From the human T2T-CHM13v2.0 reference genome, Homo sapiens, in NCBI RefSeq assembly GCF_009914755.1, contig NC_060937.1: DNA of 64,000 nt. One strand, written 5' to 3'. The translations under genes and the position numbers were made by a program. The notes under the pieces are model-generated. The model saw only the letters and a list, made by a program, of their open reading frames with translations, was not told the DNA's origin and made no database searches. Numbering within the stretch: position 1 is the stretch's first letter; every line of letters starts with the position of its first letter. Below, one piece after another: positions 14,180 to 30,622 of this stretch.

Positions 14180-14520
14180 GGGAAGAGTGCAGGGAAAATG
14201 CAGAGGTAGCACAGACCCACAGGTAGGAGGGCAGTGCTGCTGCTGCTAGGCATGAAGCTCTCCCAGATTCTGGAGACAGAGTACTCTATGAAAAGGGTTG
14301 CCTGATGAGAAAGGGGTGTAGGCTTCAGCTGGGGAGGGGAAGCCAGATCTATGGGAGCCCGCAGGGAGAGGTTAGGGGAGAGGTACTCTGACAGCATTCT
14401 CTTTCCTTTCGCCAATTGCCCTGTACTCCCTATCAGCAGAACCCAACTGGAAGCAGGGAGTCTGCTGGAATAATGTGCATGGATCAACCTTTGGATGGAA
14501 GAAAGGAAGATATTCATGGC
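14180..14520 (-). mobile_element. Old ERVL LTR fragment, LTR33/LTR41-like
   Basis: gaacccaactggaagcagggag...ggatcaacct...ggaagatattca resembles the reverse complement of the LTR33 5' end; boundaries are uncertain. Confidence 0.45.
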
Positions 14521-17015
14521 CAGGTCATGGAGACCTTCATACAGGGTGTCCCGGAGTCGGGATCTTCTATTACAGGTTATTGGAAGACATTGAAAGTCTC
14601 AAACTCTTCAGCACTGTATCCCAGCGGGCACATTCAGCTTGAATTCTTTGTGGTCACCCAACCAGCTCCCCTCACTCCATTCGGTGTAATGTGAAATGGA
14701 GGAAGGTGGAATTAGGGGGTGCAAAACTGGACGCCGAGGAGCAGCTGGGATGCCAATGAAGGGATCGATGGGATGAGGATACAAAGGAGAGGAAGAATTT
14801 GAAAAATACTTTGGAAGTGAGTTACAGAAGCTGAGGGAGAAAAGTCAAGGATCCTAAGGTCTAGGTTTATGACTTGGGATTATGAAGAGATAGTTGTACC
14901 ACAAAATGAGATAGAGAATAAAGGCTTGGGAGGAACTTCAATGATGAATATAATCAAATTAATAAATTTAAATTTGTTAAATATAATCACAAGAGTCGTA
15001 AGAAACATTTACAATGATCTTATTCTTAATAAAGACCCATAATCTTTAGTTTCCAGTTCAAGACCATTCATGATGGGTCTTTGTCTTCCCCATTAGCATG
15101 GCATCTAAAATTATAGACTCTGAAGAATATCGCTGATATCATAATTTTTTCTCATGATATTCTTTTCTAATCAACCCATAGTCCATATTTTTATGGTTGG
15201 AGAGAAGTTCAAATTTGATAGCAAAGGCTTGACTGGTAGGTAATCTTAACTAAATCACAGAAGAATATATATTTAAATGTATTATAAATATTATTCAAAT
15301 AAGCTAAAAGAGAACATGAATAGTGTGGCACTCCTGGATTTTTCTTCTTTCTGGACCAGTTATTATGAGTGGCCTTAGGCAAGCTACTTTTGACTCAGTT
15401 TTCAATAATACATAGCCACTCCTGGTGTTATAAATGAGTTTTTACAAAGCACTCCCCTATAGGCAAAATAGAAATAATAATACTTTGCAGAATTGAGGTC
15501 ATAGGTATTAATTATGTTAAGTTCTAAGCAATGATGTAGCAGACATTTTGTTTCTAGGACAGGATGCTGGCTTTTACAGCGCTTTGTTCTCCTGTGTAAT
15601 TATAGATCACTTTACAAGTATATTTAAAATATGAGTTTCTGTTTAAATCTTCTCAGTAACATGTTCAAAGAATACCAGTTTCATTAAGGAACATGGTTTT
15701 CTTTATTATCATGTTCTTTCATACAAATACTGGATTGTGAGTGCCTTAAATTCACTCATGAATGTAACCATTCAACATTTATTCTTGCTTTGCTCTACTT
15801 ATTACTTATGATTTTGTCAGTTAATATAATAAGATTAAATTTGCAAGGCATACCTTCTAGAAGGTGTTTCTTTTTTGGCGCTATATTGATAATAGCTGCC
15901 ACTTAGTTGTATATATTAAAATAACTCAGAAGTTTCAGTTAAGGTGAATTGCCAGCCATGGATAATTTAGAACAATTATTAGCTGATTATTTTAATGTTA
16001 CTTTAAAAAAATATTTAAAAATGCTTACTAATTGTACCATTTGTGAAGAATCAGTTTTTTAACAGTGTGATGTTTTACTATACAAAGGTAAATGTTTAAA
16101 ACAAAAAAATTACCTGGACAGATATAAGGACTTTCTTGCTCTAGACTCAGCCATTATTGGAACAGACTTCTCTATTACTGTTTCTTTAAACTTTGTAAGA
16201 ACGCAATCCACTGTTTTCTGGGATTATGTTTTGGATTCATGTCCTGCTTTGGTGACACACTGAAACTGAGAAAAAGCACTCCCTTACTTCTGGCAAGAAA
16301 TGCTTTATTTGGATGTTTACCCTAATTACTCCATAGAACATATTTTGGCTAGTTTTAGGGACCTTTAAGCCCTTCCTAGGACCTGGCAAAATCCTTCCTG
16401 TCCTGTCTTTTCTCGTCACTGGGGAGAACACTGCAGGGAATGTTGATACAGGGTCATGTGCATGCCACGATCCTCCAAAACAGATTCCCCACCACCCCAA
16501 CCCCAATTAGCAAGACTGGACAGAATCACTCTGCTAAGATTCCACCTTTCATATTTTGATCAGGTGGTTGAAGAGTAGCACTTTTGCTGAATAGCTCTAG
16601 TGTATGGCCACCAGAAAAAAAAAAAAAGGTTATAACACCTTGAATTATTCACATCCAATACAGATATTATTCTGGCAAATAATTTAGTACATCGGAAAGT
16701 ATAGAAAATTATAATCTCCTCATCACATGATTCGGAGGACAGCCTAGTCATTGGAAACTTATTCCTGGCCAGTTTTTTTTTTTTTTTTTTTTTTTTTGTC
16801 TGAAAAGATAGAGCTATTTTCTTTTCATGAGGCTGCAGTTTGTGATTACCAATGAAGTAGAAGCTAAGGAATTTTGGCTTCCAGACAACCCTGTCTTTCG
16901 TAAGGAGGAGTGACCTACAAAGGTACAATTAAGTCTACTTTCAGAGAGCCCTATTAGTAAAACAAAAACAACAAACAAACAAGAAAGCTCCTATTGAAAT
17001 TTAGCTGCAAGGTTT

Positions 17016-17313
17016 GACGGGGTGGTGGCTCTTGCCTGTAATCCTAGCACTTTGGGAGGCTGAGGCGGGTGGATCACCTGAGGTCAGGAGTTCGAGACCA
17101 GCCTGGCCAACATGGTAAAACCTCGTGTCTACTAAAAATACAAAAATTAGCCTGGCGTGGTGGCATGCACCTGTAGTCCAAGCTACTTGGGAGGCTGAGG
17201 CAAGAGAATCACTTGGACCCAGGAGGCGGAGGTTGCAGTGAGCCAAGATCATGCCATTGTGCTCCAGCCCGGGTAAGACAGCAAGACTCCATCTCAAAAA
17301 AAAAAAAAAATAA
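17016..17313 (+). mobile_element. AluSx-like
   Basis: Full Alu with a roughly 20-bp flanking repeat gaaa(t/c)ttagctgcaaggttt. Confidence 0.95.
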
Positions 17314-17820
17314 GAAACTTAGCTGCAAGGTTTCGACACTTGTCTTTAAGGTTCTTGAGGAACCAAAATTAGGAGGCTTGTTGACATACAACCTTAGGTG
17401 CTGTCTTCATGGAAATGGGTCCATTTAGCCATGTTTTTAAACTAATATTTAATTTCAAAAGGATTTAGGTAAACTAATTATGGTTTCTCAGTTTTATCAA
17501 ATTGAAAAGAGATGTAAGAACTGCAGAATTTCAGGGTTTTTAAGCTGGACCTGATGCCTTATGTGGAACTGAGTCCCATCCCTTTGCATCCTCCTCCTGT
17601 TGTGATGTAAGCTGAGTAAGGATAAAGCAACTGCAATAACAGAAAATTTAAAAATGCATGTTTTTATGAAATGCTTAGACAGTCTGAGGTGCAATGAGAC
17701 AATATGACTATAGCATCTCAGCTGACGTCTTTGGCAATGACTTCATTGTCATTTGGGTTTGAAGGAAGTGGATAAGTAGAGAAAAGCGAAATTTGATATG
17801 TACATCTTCTGAATTGCTCA

Positions 17821-18309
<489 letters not shown>

Positions 18310-18954
18310 CTAGAATTCCCCACGTGGACACCCAGCATGCCAAGAGTCCCAGGAAGGTACTGCTCATTGGCTGAATTTTCTGCATCTGCTTCCCCTCCCT
18401 GCTGTATTCTCTGTCCTTACCCACACCAGCTCCAAATAAGAACAAACTAGCCTGTAGACCTTCCATTCAACAGAAGCCAAAATTCCTTATCAAAGTCTTC
18501 TTTGAACTGCTTTGTTATCAGGCACTGTAATTTCATGCCCAACTTTGTTGATGTCTCTCTTAAAAGGACCAGAGAACTGGAGAACAATCTGGGCTTGAGC
18601 CTGCTGGTGAAGGGCAGTTCTTGAAAGGAAGGAGCTCCTCTTGGTGATGAATTGGGTGAAGAAGCGTGATTGTTTTGCTCTATTTACAGGATCATCTCTC
18701 TACTGTCTTTAAAAGCTTATTAAAAACAATCTGAGGAGGTTTCCCAGCATGCTGCTTTAATTTAGGCTGTTTTTAATTTTAGAAGAATGAAAATTCCCTA
18801 TTTGGTAATTTCCTTTCTTGCTCAAGGTTTGTTCCTTTACAAGGTTTTCTCTTCTTATCAGCTTGGCCACTGTTGCAGCTATTGTAACTCAAATGTGGAC
18901 AAAGGGGGAAAGAATACCACTCTCCAAAACAAAACCACAAAAACAAATTTAAAA

Positions 18955-18987
<33 letters not shown>

Positions 18988-20288
18988 GCAATTTGCCTTC
19001 AAAAGGGTGTAGTTCCGGGTAACAGAGAGTGCAGCAAGTCTCTGGAGTCTAAACGGAGACAGAAATCAAGGTGCTGACTTTAATTTTTCTTGGAAAATAA
19101 ACAACATGAACATAACCCAAAATGTTTTCCAAGGAACCACTCTACCCTGAGGTCCTTATGCCCTGGAAGGGTGGGTTGTTTACTCACAGCCTCACTACTT
19201 AAAACTTTTATTTCAAACATTTTTAAATATCTTTCTTGCCATCTACCCATAAGTTACAAAGTGGCATTAGCAAGCATGGCCTCACATCCTATACAATATA
19301 TGTGGGCAGTGTCTTGGAGTCTTTGTTGCAGATAGAGGCATATTGAGTAGAATGGGAAGTAGAGTCTAGAAAAAGCTTAGTGAGATATCCAGTAGCTTTT
19401 CTTATGAAACATGCTGTATTTTGGAAACTCATTAACTTTGATTAATATTAATTTAGTCTTTTATCACGTCAGGGGCCGTGCTGAGCTCTGACAATACAAA
19501 AGCGAATAAGACACCACCCCCACCTCTGGAGTTTATAGAGGAAAGACAGGCAAACAAGGGATGGGTAGGGAGACCTGTGTTGATGGACAGGGACCACAAC
19601 GTGCTCTCTGCCAACACGGAGGGATGTCTCGCTCAACTAACACGAGGGCAGGGGGTGGGCTGTGTCCTGTCTGTCAAGCTGGCCAGAGAAGAGGACATGA
19701 AACAGATGATATGGTTGGGAACGATGTTTTCCCCTGAAATAACCTTAGTGGCAGTGAGGAGTGAACACAAAACCCTAAGTTTTTCAGTCACTGCCCACAG
19801 CAACCTTTGGTAAGCAAAAAGGATTTGTGAGGTCTTATATTTTAGCTTGAAAATTAGTGGGACATTTGTATCCTATTCTGTCATATTAGATTGCTCCTTA
19901 CAGAACTGCTGATTTTGAAGGCCTAAACGTTTAAATAATGGTAATTGCACGGAGTGCAGACATCTGAAAAGAATGCCTTGCAGGAGTTGCCAGTTGTATT
20001 TCACTCTATCCTTTCATGTGCCCACTGCTGTCTTGGGGACAGGCATGTGGCAAAACGCAGAAGACCTTTGGGACAAATGGGGAGCTGCGACTGTTTGGAA
20101 TGGCTCAGTTGGAGAGGTGGGCTGTCAGGTGGACTGCGGTGGGTGCAAGCTTCTCCTGAAATGTTCCATCAGTGCAAGTGAGAGGAAGCCTGTGGAGGGC
20201 TGGGAGCAGGAAGTGGCATGACTGTGCTTCCTGAGCTCATCCTAGTGGGGAGCTGAGGATGCTCTGGAGAGCCAGAGGCTGGGATAAA

Positions 20289-20530
20289 GATCACTTGAGG
20301 TCAGGAGTTTGAGACCAGCCTGGCCAACATGGTGAAACCCCATCTCTACTAAAAATACAAAAGTTAGCCAGGTGTGGTGGCATGCACCTGTAGTCCCAGC
20401 TACTCAGGAGGTGGAGGCAGGAGAATCACTTGAACCCGGGGGAGTGGTTGCAGTGAGCCGGGATTGCACCACTGCACTCCAGCCTGGGCGACAGAGTGAG
20501 ACTCCATCTCAAAAAAAAAAAAAAAAAAGA
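20289..20530 (+). mobile_element. 5'-truncated AluS
   Basis: Begins at gatcacttgaggtcaggag; linker, right arm and poly-A tail are present. Confidence 0.93.
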
Positions 20531-20937
20531 AACAAAGAACTTTTAGGACATGAAAGGTGCTAAACAGTGAGAGACATGGTAAAGAAGAGAAGGGTGATTT
20601 TGGAGTTTTTAAGGGCTACAGCAAGAAGACTTGGAAAGTAATGAGTGGTGAGAGCTGAGGAGGAGGAAGAGCAATGGTCCTTATGGTGACTGCCGATCTT
20701 TACTGAGCGCTCCCTACGTGCCAGGCACTGCCCTGAGCACTGTCCATGGACTGTTTTACTAAATCCGCATTACCGATCTATATAAGGCTCATTTCCCAAA
20801 TGAGAACATTAAGGCTGTCACAGAGGTTATGTGACTTGCCCAGGGTCACAGAGCTTATAGGTGATTGGTCCAAGATGTGGATTCAGGTGTACACTTACAT
20901 GACTGGTCAAATCTTGTTGCTATTCATTGAAACAGAG

Positions 20938-20940
<3 letters not shown>

Positions 20941-20970
<30 letters not shown>
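20941..20970. repeat. (CAT)10 microsatellite
   Basis: Read directly from the sequence. Confidence 0.97.
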
Positions 20971-20971
<1 letters not shown>

Positions 20972-21077
20972 TTCATAACAAGAGACTGTGACATTTATTG
21001 TGTTTATGATGTGTCATGCCTAGGCTTACTCTAGGCCTGTTGTAGAATTTAACTGATTTAATCCTCAAACAACTCTA

Positions 21078-21802
<725 letters not shown>

Positions 21803-22792
21803 TCCCCCATCTTATGGATGAAGAAACTAAGGCACAGAGAGAGTAGGTCATTTGACCAAGGTCACACAGCTCATAATGTGGAAGAGTCAGTATTTGAACA
21901 CAGACCTTCTGGCTCTAGAGCCCATACTTTTAAAGACTTTATTATATTACAATTTTTGAAACATAACTTAAGGTACCTGCCCATATCCAAAGGAAATGTC
22001 TTTCAGAGAGTCAGATTTATTGGTTAAAACTCAGAATAGAGATCTTGTGTAGGGATGAAGATGTGGGAGTCATTGGCTAATCGGTAAAATTTGAATCTTG
22101 GATGCGCATGGGATCACCCACATATATCACAGTGATCAGATGACCATATCCACGATTGTGGGGTCCTTTAATCTCCTCTAGCTGGGAGAGCGCTATTTAG
22201 ATACCTGTTCCACAGCATAAAGCACAAAAGCACAGCCAGCCACTCGGTCCGTTCAAAACACTCGCCACCATCATCACTGATGTATTAATCTCACATACAT
22301 GAATATTTGTTTACCTGCAAAAACATCATAATTGAGGACCTTGGCAATGCGTTTATTTTGTCATAGGTTTTTTATTTTGTTTACCGCCCAGATTTTTGGT
22401 GGATATAAAAATCATAGTATTTTTGTTCTCTGAGGCTGTGGTGTTTATAATCAGAAAGAAATGAAGAACTGAGGCAATTAATTACATAATTAAGAGAAAA
22501 GTATCATCTAAGGGGAGTGGAAGGGAAGAAGAATTATTTTCAATATTGAATTATCTCTCAAGTTGTCTCAGTTCTCCAGCCTGTGTGAACATGCCTGTAG
22601 GAGCAGCGGAATCCCTAAGAACAAAATCCAACCACTCAATAAAATGTGCACGCTACCATGGAAATGAAATCCACGGAAATTCTTCCCCAAGGTCAGACTT
22701 TTTCTCAGAAAGGAAAGGTTTAAGAGTATGTTGAAAAGAAGAATATTGTTGGAGAACATTTTTGACATTTAAAGGCAAACATCTGTTATTTT

Positions 22793-23092
<300 letters not shown>

Positions 23093-23228
23093 TTGCATCT
23101 GCTATTTTTTAGATCCTTCAGGATTGTGCCTAAACAATGCAGAAATAATTAGCTAGGAAGTCACGTAACCAATGAACCGGTTATTTAGTTTGTGGAAAAT
23201 TGAACCTGGTGAAGCAACTGAATCCCAT

Positions 23229-23654
23229 TGATAGGGTTTGGCTCTGTGTCCCCACCCAAATCTCATCTCAAATTGTAATCCCCACATCCCCACAATCTCC
23301 ACATGTGGAGGGAGGGACCTGTGATCGCCACGTGTTGAGGGAGGGAGGTGACTGGATCACGTGGGTGGTTTCCTCCATGCTGTTCTCATGGTAGTTAGTG
23401 AGTTCTCACAAGATCGGAGGGTTTTATAAGTGTTTGGAAGTTCCTCCTTCATTCTTCTCTCTCATAGTGCGAGAAAGAAGGTCTCTGCCTCCATGTGGAG
23501 AAGGGCCTTGCTTCCCCTTCGCCTTCCACCATGATTGTAAGTTTCCTGAGGCCTCCCCAGACATGAGGAACTGTGATTCAGTTAAATCTCTTTCCTTTAT
23601 AGATTACCCAGTCTCAGGTATTTCTTTACAGCAGTGTGAAAACAGACTAATATA
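23229..23654 (+). mobile_element. MaLR solo LTR (MSTA/THE1D-like)
   Basis: tgatagggtttggctctgtgtccccacccaaatctcatc...aacagactaatata, with a perfect 5-bp TSD cccat. Confidence 0.9.
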
Positions 23655-23880
23655 CCCATTCTATTTTCTTTCTCTTGTGGAATCATTCAAATATTTTTAG
23701 AGTTTAGACACATTCTAAATGAAAGTGAGAATCTCAGAATTTGAGAGGTTCAATAGATGTTATTATTTGCACTATGAGGAAGACAGGCCAGGTTTCCAAA
23801 TGTTGAGGTGACTCTCCAGGTTATGTAGCCCTCAGGGATACAGAAAATATTTTGAACAAAGTTTTCGAGGAGAAATCTAA

Positions 23881-24229
<349 letters not shown>

Positions 24230-24470
24230 TTAGGTAAACAGTTTCTAAATCACAGTCCAATTCTGGTATTATCTTGTTAGTTTTAGTTGTTGGTGACTTC
24301 ATAGCATAAGAGGCAAATTGTTACCATGATGGCAACTGGTTAACTACTAGGACAAATGCCTTGTGTTTATACTCAAGGAGCATAAATTGCCTCTAAAAAT
24401 ATGCAGTGCTGTAACTGATAAGGATACGCTCAGCCTGTGGTGGGAAGTCTGCAACAGAAGAGGAAAGACC

Positions 24471-24768
<298 letters not shown>

Positions 24769-27700
24769 AGAAAGAGCATTTTTTGGTCTGTCGTTTATGT
24801 CAGAGAGTCCACTGACTCCTTTCTGAAATTGGCTACTGTTAACTTAAAGAGAAAATGGAGGTCCTAGAATGGAGACACACCTAAAGAGACACAACTCTGT
24901 GATGGAGCTGGGATCAACCTTCAAAGCTTCTGACGAGCTCCTTTTTATGTGAAACTCTGGGAGGACCTCATTTTCTAAGTCGGTTCAGCTCATCATGTGC
25001 AACAGATGTCCACACTGTTTAAACCTGTGCTAACACTTCCTCTTAATTTTTTTTCTTCCTCCCACTGGAAAAATATTGAAAAGAACAAAAATAAATGAAT
25101 CTTAGCTAAGCAAATTCCACCTTAAACCAAATCCAGGTGAAGTTTATAATCGGCATTATAAGATACCACCAATATGTCATATATTCATAATATATAAAGA
25201 AATTTTCCTATAAATAAACTCATTGTTAAGCAAGTAGAAATCAATGTATGGCATATGATGATTACAATATCATTTCCCCCACACAATGCCATGGTTTGAA
25301 AAATCACAGAAGGAAATATATAAATGTGTCTAGTGATAACATCTGTGTTATGGTTGAAGACTTTTTTCCAATTGAGAAAAACAGGGTTGCCTTTGTGTGG
25401 CTTTCAATGACCTAATTGAACATTATTTCTTCTGCTGAAGAGGGTCCTCATTGCCGGATTGTGACTTTGTTATTGTATTTGAACTCCTTTCACCCCCGGT
25501 TCTTGTCTCTACGATAGCTTGGTTGGCTACTGTATCACAGAGTTGTGTACATGTAGTCACAATTGTTCAGAAATAGAAATTTGTTGATGTCTCTGCTTTG
25601 ATGGGTAAATGTATCATAAATCAGCATTCAAGAAAGCTATTTTTTAAAAAGCCCGATTTTCCTGATTTTGTGATAATGACATTTATGCATAACAGATTTG
25701 GAACAGATAATGTAGATTTTATTGCAGACAAGGTCAGAAAAATGGCAGTGAACAGAGTCCAAGTCTCCTCCAAGACTCTCACGCCCTGACTTGTCTGAAG
25801 TGCCAGGAGTTCAAGGTCCTCTTAATATGAAATACAACGTGGATGGAAACAGATGCAAAGGTTTCTTGTCATTTTCTTTTTGCCAGGAGTTAGAGATCAT
25901 ACATATCTCTATATGTCTCTCTGTCTCTGTTTCTGTCTCTGTCTCTATCATCTCTATAACCAAGCCTGAGGCACTCAACCTACATCTGCTTGGATGTGGG
26001 CAGACAGGTCAGTTATATATTTGTTATTGTTTTTCCCTGCTTAAATAGTATTATAAAACATGCCAGAAAAATATTTGATTGTTATGTTGGTTCTCATATC
26101 AAAACTGTTTGGGCTTTGCCATATCTCAGGACTGCTGAAACTATTTTAAGATCATACAAATAATCCCAAGGTTTCTAAGAATAAGTCCTGGGAACCACTC
26201 AGCAAACCCAGCTATTTCGGGTCTCATCCATCTACACTTTTCTATTTCTATTTCCAAAACCATGCTCATTTTTTACCCTCTCTTTCTTAAAGATGGCTTG
26301 CATGACTTCTTAATAGGTTCCCTAAGATAAAACACTGTATTTAAAAAAAAAATTATCACTTTGTAAGTGCAGAGAATAATGTGATTGTTGTTAGCATATA
26401 CTAATTTTGGCTAAATTGAGGTTTTAACTAAAGCTCTGGCCCAAATCCTGAAGACCATTAGCAAACACGAACAAGTGGTGGCTTATGTGTATTTGTATTA
26501 AATCCAAAGCTGGCTGTCTGTTTACAAAATAGACTTGGTTCCTGAAGACGACTTCCTGGAGCCTTCGCATTGGTGTAGGGTTTCTTGGCCAGCACATACA
26601 ATGCCCTGGAATTTAAAAAGTCCTGGATTATCCAGTCAGCCAAGCAAAAGTGTATGGGTTAAAACAAAGTAGAAAGAAAAAGGATTTCAATGAGGATCCT
26701 TTTGGTTTTCTGTGCCTCAGCCTTCCCTGAAGGACTGCTAGATGGACTTCATTATTGGGAGAGGCCAGAGGTCACATTCCTGGTTTTTAAGGCAGTACCA
26801 ATAGCAGTTGATTACTGAGGACGTTACCTTCCCTCCAGTTTCAAAACCGACTTTGATTTCCAACTGGTTTGTGGCTGATGGTGCTGCATGCGCGTGTGAC
26901 AGGGCATGACTTGGACCCGACTTGACGTCTGCAACAGCCCCCTTGGGCTTTCCTGATCCTCTAAAATGTTTGCTTTTGTTTTTCAATGTGCTAAACCTCA
27001 CCCATATTCAGGTGGAAATCAATCAATTAGGCTTAAATCTGATTATTCAAGGCAGCAATATTGGTATATTATTTAGTGACATAAAGATAACCAAGAGAAA
27101 AATCAAAGAGATCAACTGTTCACAAGCTGTTGCCTGTGGGAAGCCGCGCTGCTGGGAGGGCTGGAGTGGTGGTATCAGGGAAAGATGGTTTTTCTTTGTA
27201 AGCCTTTGAATAACCTGCTTTCTGTTTGTTTGTTTTTGTTATTACAAACATTTTGTGTATTACTTTCACTAAAAACAAACCCATTTAAGTTAAAACATTG
27301 TTTTCTGTTTATAAAAATTTTTCCACAGGACTCATTCTATTCTCTAAGTATAACATAAATTTTACCCATAATTTAAATGTCCAAATTAAGGTATTTTCTC
27401 CATTAGTAAATGTTTAGTATCTGGACCCTAGGGAAAAAAAAAAAGACATGTCAAAAGCACTCTGTTGTAATACATTTTGCAGCAAAGCAGTATTTGAAGG
27501 AAGGAGAACCAGGAGTGTGTGATAGGAAAGAATGGGAGGTACTGGGCTTTTGGCTTAAGGTTTTTTGTTTTTTTGTTTTGTTTTGTTTTGTTTTTTCCTT
27601 TTTACTTCTATATGGGGAATTCAGAATACAGTGTAATAGAATTGTTGGAATATATGTTTTTCAAGTTTTATTTTCTATTTAAAGCACTGTAATAATCTTT

Positions 27701-28601
27701 AGCTGTACTTAGATCATAAACCTACTTAAATGTATGCACTTTGAGGACAAATAAACTTGGGTTTAAACACTGACTCTTCCCCTTGGCTCTGTAATTTCAC
27801 TCTCCCTTTGTGTAAAATGCATCTAACAATAGCGCCTACATACAGGGTTGCCGTAAGAATTAAATGGAGGATCAGTGTAAAGGAATTAGCACATAGTATG
27901 CTTGCAATACATTTTTAAATTATTTGATAATAAAATACATCAACAAATGCAGCACACATATACACATATGGGATATGAGACAAGCATAGAACAAGTACAT
28001 ACAACACAGGTGATTATTAGTATAATGTAAGTTGGATACATTTTCATCTTTGTCGTGGTATCATAGAGGATAACATTTTCTCACTTCTGAATGTAGGCAG
28101 TACTCACAAATTCCATGTTCATATCAATGCTTGAAGCTGCTGGAGCAAAGTGATTTAGTAAGAGATATTAGTTTCTGCTAATGTAACGTCATGAAAGAAT
28201 TTCTCCTGCTTTATACTTTTCCAGGGGTGGTTTTATTTTCCCAGAAAATTGAGTATACTTGATTCTTGTCCAAATCAATGCCCCATAAATCATTTAGAAA
28301 TTATGTCCCTCAGGAAAAAAAAATTCCCAAAGTGAGGACCCAGGGGTAGGTCATTTTCTCTCTGAGGTACTTTTATCATTCCAGTTTCACAGGAAAGAGC
28401 CAGATGTTCCCTGTAGCCAGGTAGACAGCAGGGAAAGGAAAACATTTGTGTTGTTACTCTATTTGAATTGGTTCATAACTTGGCCTGTCCTTTTCTCCCA
28501 GCTAAGTAATACTTTCAAATGTGCTCTCTAACAAATTTCAGAAGATTAGGCTCAGGATGTGGTCTACAACTGCAGGGACTATCTCTGTGTTAAACACATC
28601 C

Positions 28602-28625
28602 ACACACACACACACACACACACAC
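28602..28625. repeat. (CA)n microsatellite
   Basis: Read directly from the sequence. Confidence 0.95.
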
Positions 28626-29245
28626 CTCTATAACAATAAAGCATATGCATGTTGGTGACTTAACATTGAAATGGGAAGGTTAATTTTGGCATTTTCTGAT
28701 CTGCTTATAGGTTTCCAAATAATAAAAGTTTTTTAAAAATAAATATTCATTATTAAAAGAAAGCAAAAGCAAATAAAAAAATTAGGGAAAACAATAGTGG
28801 GTTCTCACTAGAGACACTGGAGAGCATCCATGCATTTCTTAGGTCTTCTTTGAGTACGTGAATATCGACTGTTGGAAGTTTGTGGTGAAAATAGTCTGAA
28901 AGAGCAATCGCAACTTTACCTACCTGCGGTGCTTTAAGTAATCTGAGTACCTAATCAATAATAGCAATAGTAACTCATGTCTAAAAACCGAAAATATTAC
29001 TATTATTACCCAAAATTGATTTCACACAGGATGCGTTCAAGAGGATTTCTGCAGCGCTGGGAGCCTGTCCGCCCTCTTCACTGACCCTCCCATCACCACC
29101 CTTTCTATGGCCTCCTCCACTCTGGGTGTCCAGGCTGTTCTGAGCTCCTCCTACTCCAATCCCCAAGCCGACTTCACTCTCATTACCCATCTCATTATTT
29201 TTGGAAGTAAACAGTGAAAAAAATAGGCTTTAACTCTACTCCGAA

Positions 29246-29910
29246 CAGGACCAGCTATATCTTTACTGGGCCCCTGTGGAATCTGGAGCTCAACCTGCTC
29301 TTCTCATCATGTTCAGGGCCCCAGTGGGTGAAGCCAATCCCCCCTTTCCATGGCCCACCACAATCCATGCTGACAATCTACCCCAAGACACTCTCAGCAC
29401 CTGGATCAGGGCGGGACCCCCTGAGTCACCTGCTGAATAAGCCATGGACAGCCAGTCCTCTGCCCACCTGAGGCTCTCTGGGAACTCTGCCTGATCCCAA
29501 CTTCCCCACACCACGCCCAGAGTCCTGCCCGGAGCAGACAGCCATGGGGGAAACTGAGCCTCTGCACATCAATGTGACGCAGTTGCTGTCCAGGCAGGAG
29601 TGGCAGGGGTCCCAGGATACAGGTGGGGAGGGAGAAGCTGGGCAGGGATGAGGCACCAGGGAGCACCGGGCAGACCCATCCAGGAACACCGGAAGGTGGG
29701 GAGGGGTGGAAGGTGGGGGAAGAGTGGAAGATGGGGAGGAGTGGAAGGTGGGGAGGGGTGGAAGGTGGGGAGGAGTGGAAGGTGGGGAGGGGTGGAAGGC
29801 TCCACACCCCAGTGCGTGCTCCACTGTCCCCATGGACTTCATTTCAACACAATTCCAAAGCTAAAGTGATTAAGAATTTTGAGACTGTGACTGCAGAGCA
29901 TTGCAAAATG
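29246..29910. mobile_element. hAT-Tip100 DNA transposon, MER45B/C-like
   Basis: The terminus caggaccagctatat...gggcccc at 29246 and attaagaattttgagactgtgactgcagagcatt near 29870 match MER45 segments; the interior is GC-rich. Confidence 0.6.
29691..29799 (+). repeat. G-rich 17-bp minisatellite, about 6.4 copies of GGAAGGTGGGGAGG(G/A)GT
   Basis: Units start at 29691, 29708, 29726, 29743, 29760, 29777 and 29794. Confidence 0.95.
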
Positions 29911-30622
29911 GGTCAACTTCACTCCTGGAGCCTGTCTCTAGACAGGATTTTATTTTCTTCTTCTTTGACTACTTCGAATCTAAACTGAAGTCCTTCCCTT
30001 TGACTAACTGGTCTCTCCCTGACTCTTGTTGTCCGCCTCATTTCGCCCCAGAGGACTGTGTTGCTTGATGGCTTGTTTTGTCCTGCTGTCTTCAGATGTC
30101 CCCCTCTTCTTGCATGCACTCCTGGCCCTCGAGACTCTGGAGCACTCCAGTCAGAACCTGTCATCGGCCTTGGTTCAACCCCGTGCTTGCACCGCTATCC
30201 ATTCTCTCGTGTGCGTCAGTCCTGCATTCTAAGTTTGAAGCCAAGAAATACATATTTTTTCCCCTAAATCTCCCTCTCACTTAAATTAGATACTGTGAGA
30301 TTCTGTGTTCAATAAGTATTGGCCAATATCTTGATTAATAATGAAGTTACATGTATGGCTTTACACTGTGTCCCCAACATGAGGAGTAAAAAAGAAAAGG
30401 AAAGCCACAGTGACTATGGAGATTCTCATGCTGTAGAGAACTGAGTGATTCCCCAGGAATGTTCTGGAATTTTATTTGCACATGCTCCTTGGCAGAGGGG
30501 TTGGGGTCGCTGGGAAGAAACAGAAGAGCTAAGGGTACAGAAGAGAAAATGTAAGATGATGTAGCACTGTCAAATGCCTAGTTCCCCCTGTTTCTGAAGG
30601 ATTAAAATACTTGAAGGCCCCA

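Noticed and set aside
20746-20991. ORF with a His10 tract, resembling a tag or His-rich protein
   Set aside because: It is a (CAT)10 microsatellite next to MIR-derived sequence.
23270-23350. Internal duplication in the MST/THE1 LTR
   Set aside because: As I recall, a repeated atccccacgtgt...gagggaggga segment occurs in many copies of this LTR group, so it is probably not locus-specific.
29406-29988. Overlapping Pro/Ser/His- or Gly-rich ORFs
   Set aside because: They are by-products of the 17-bp minisatellite and the GC-rich transposon interior.
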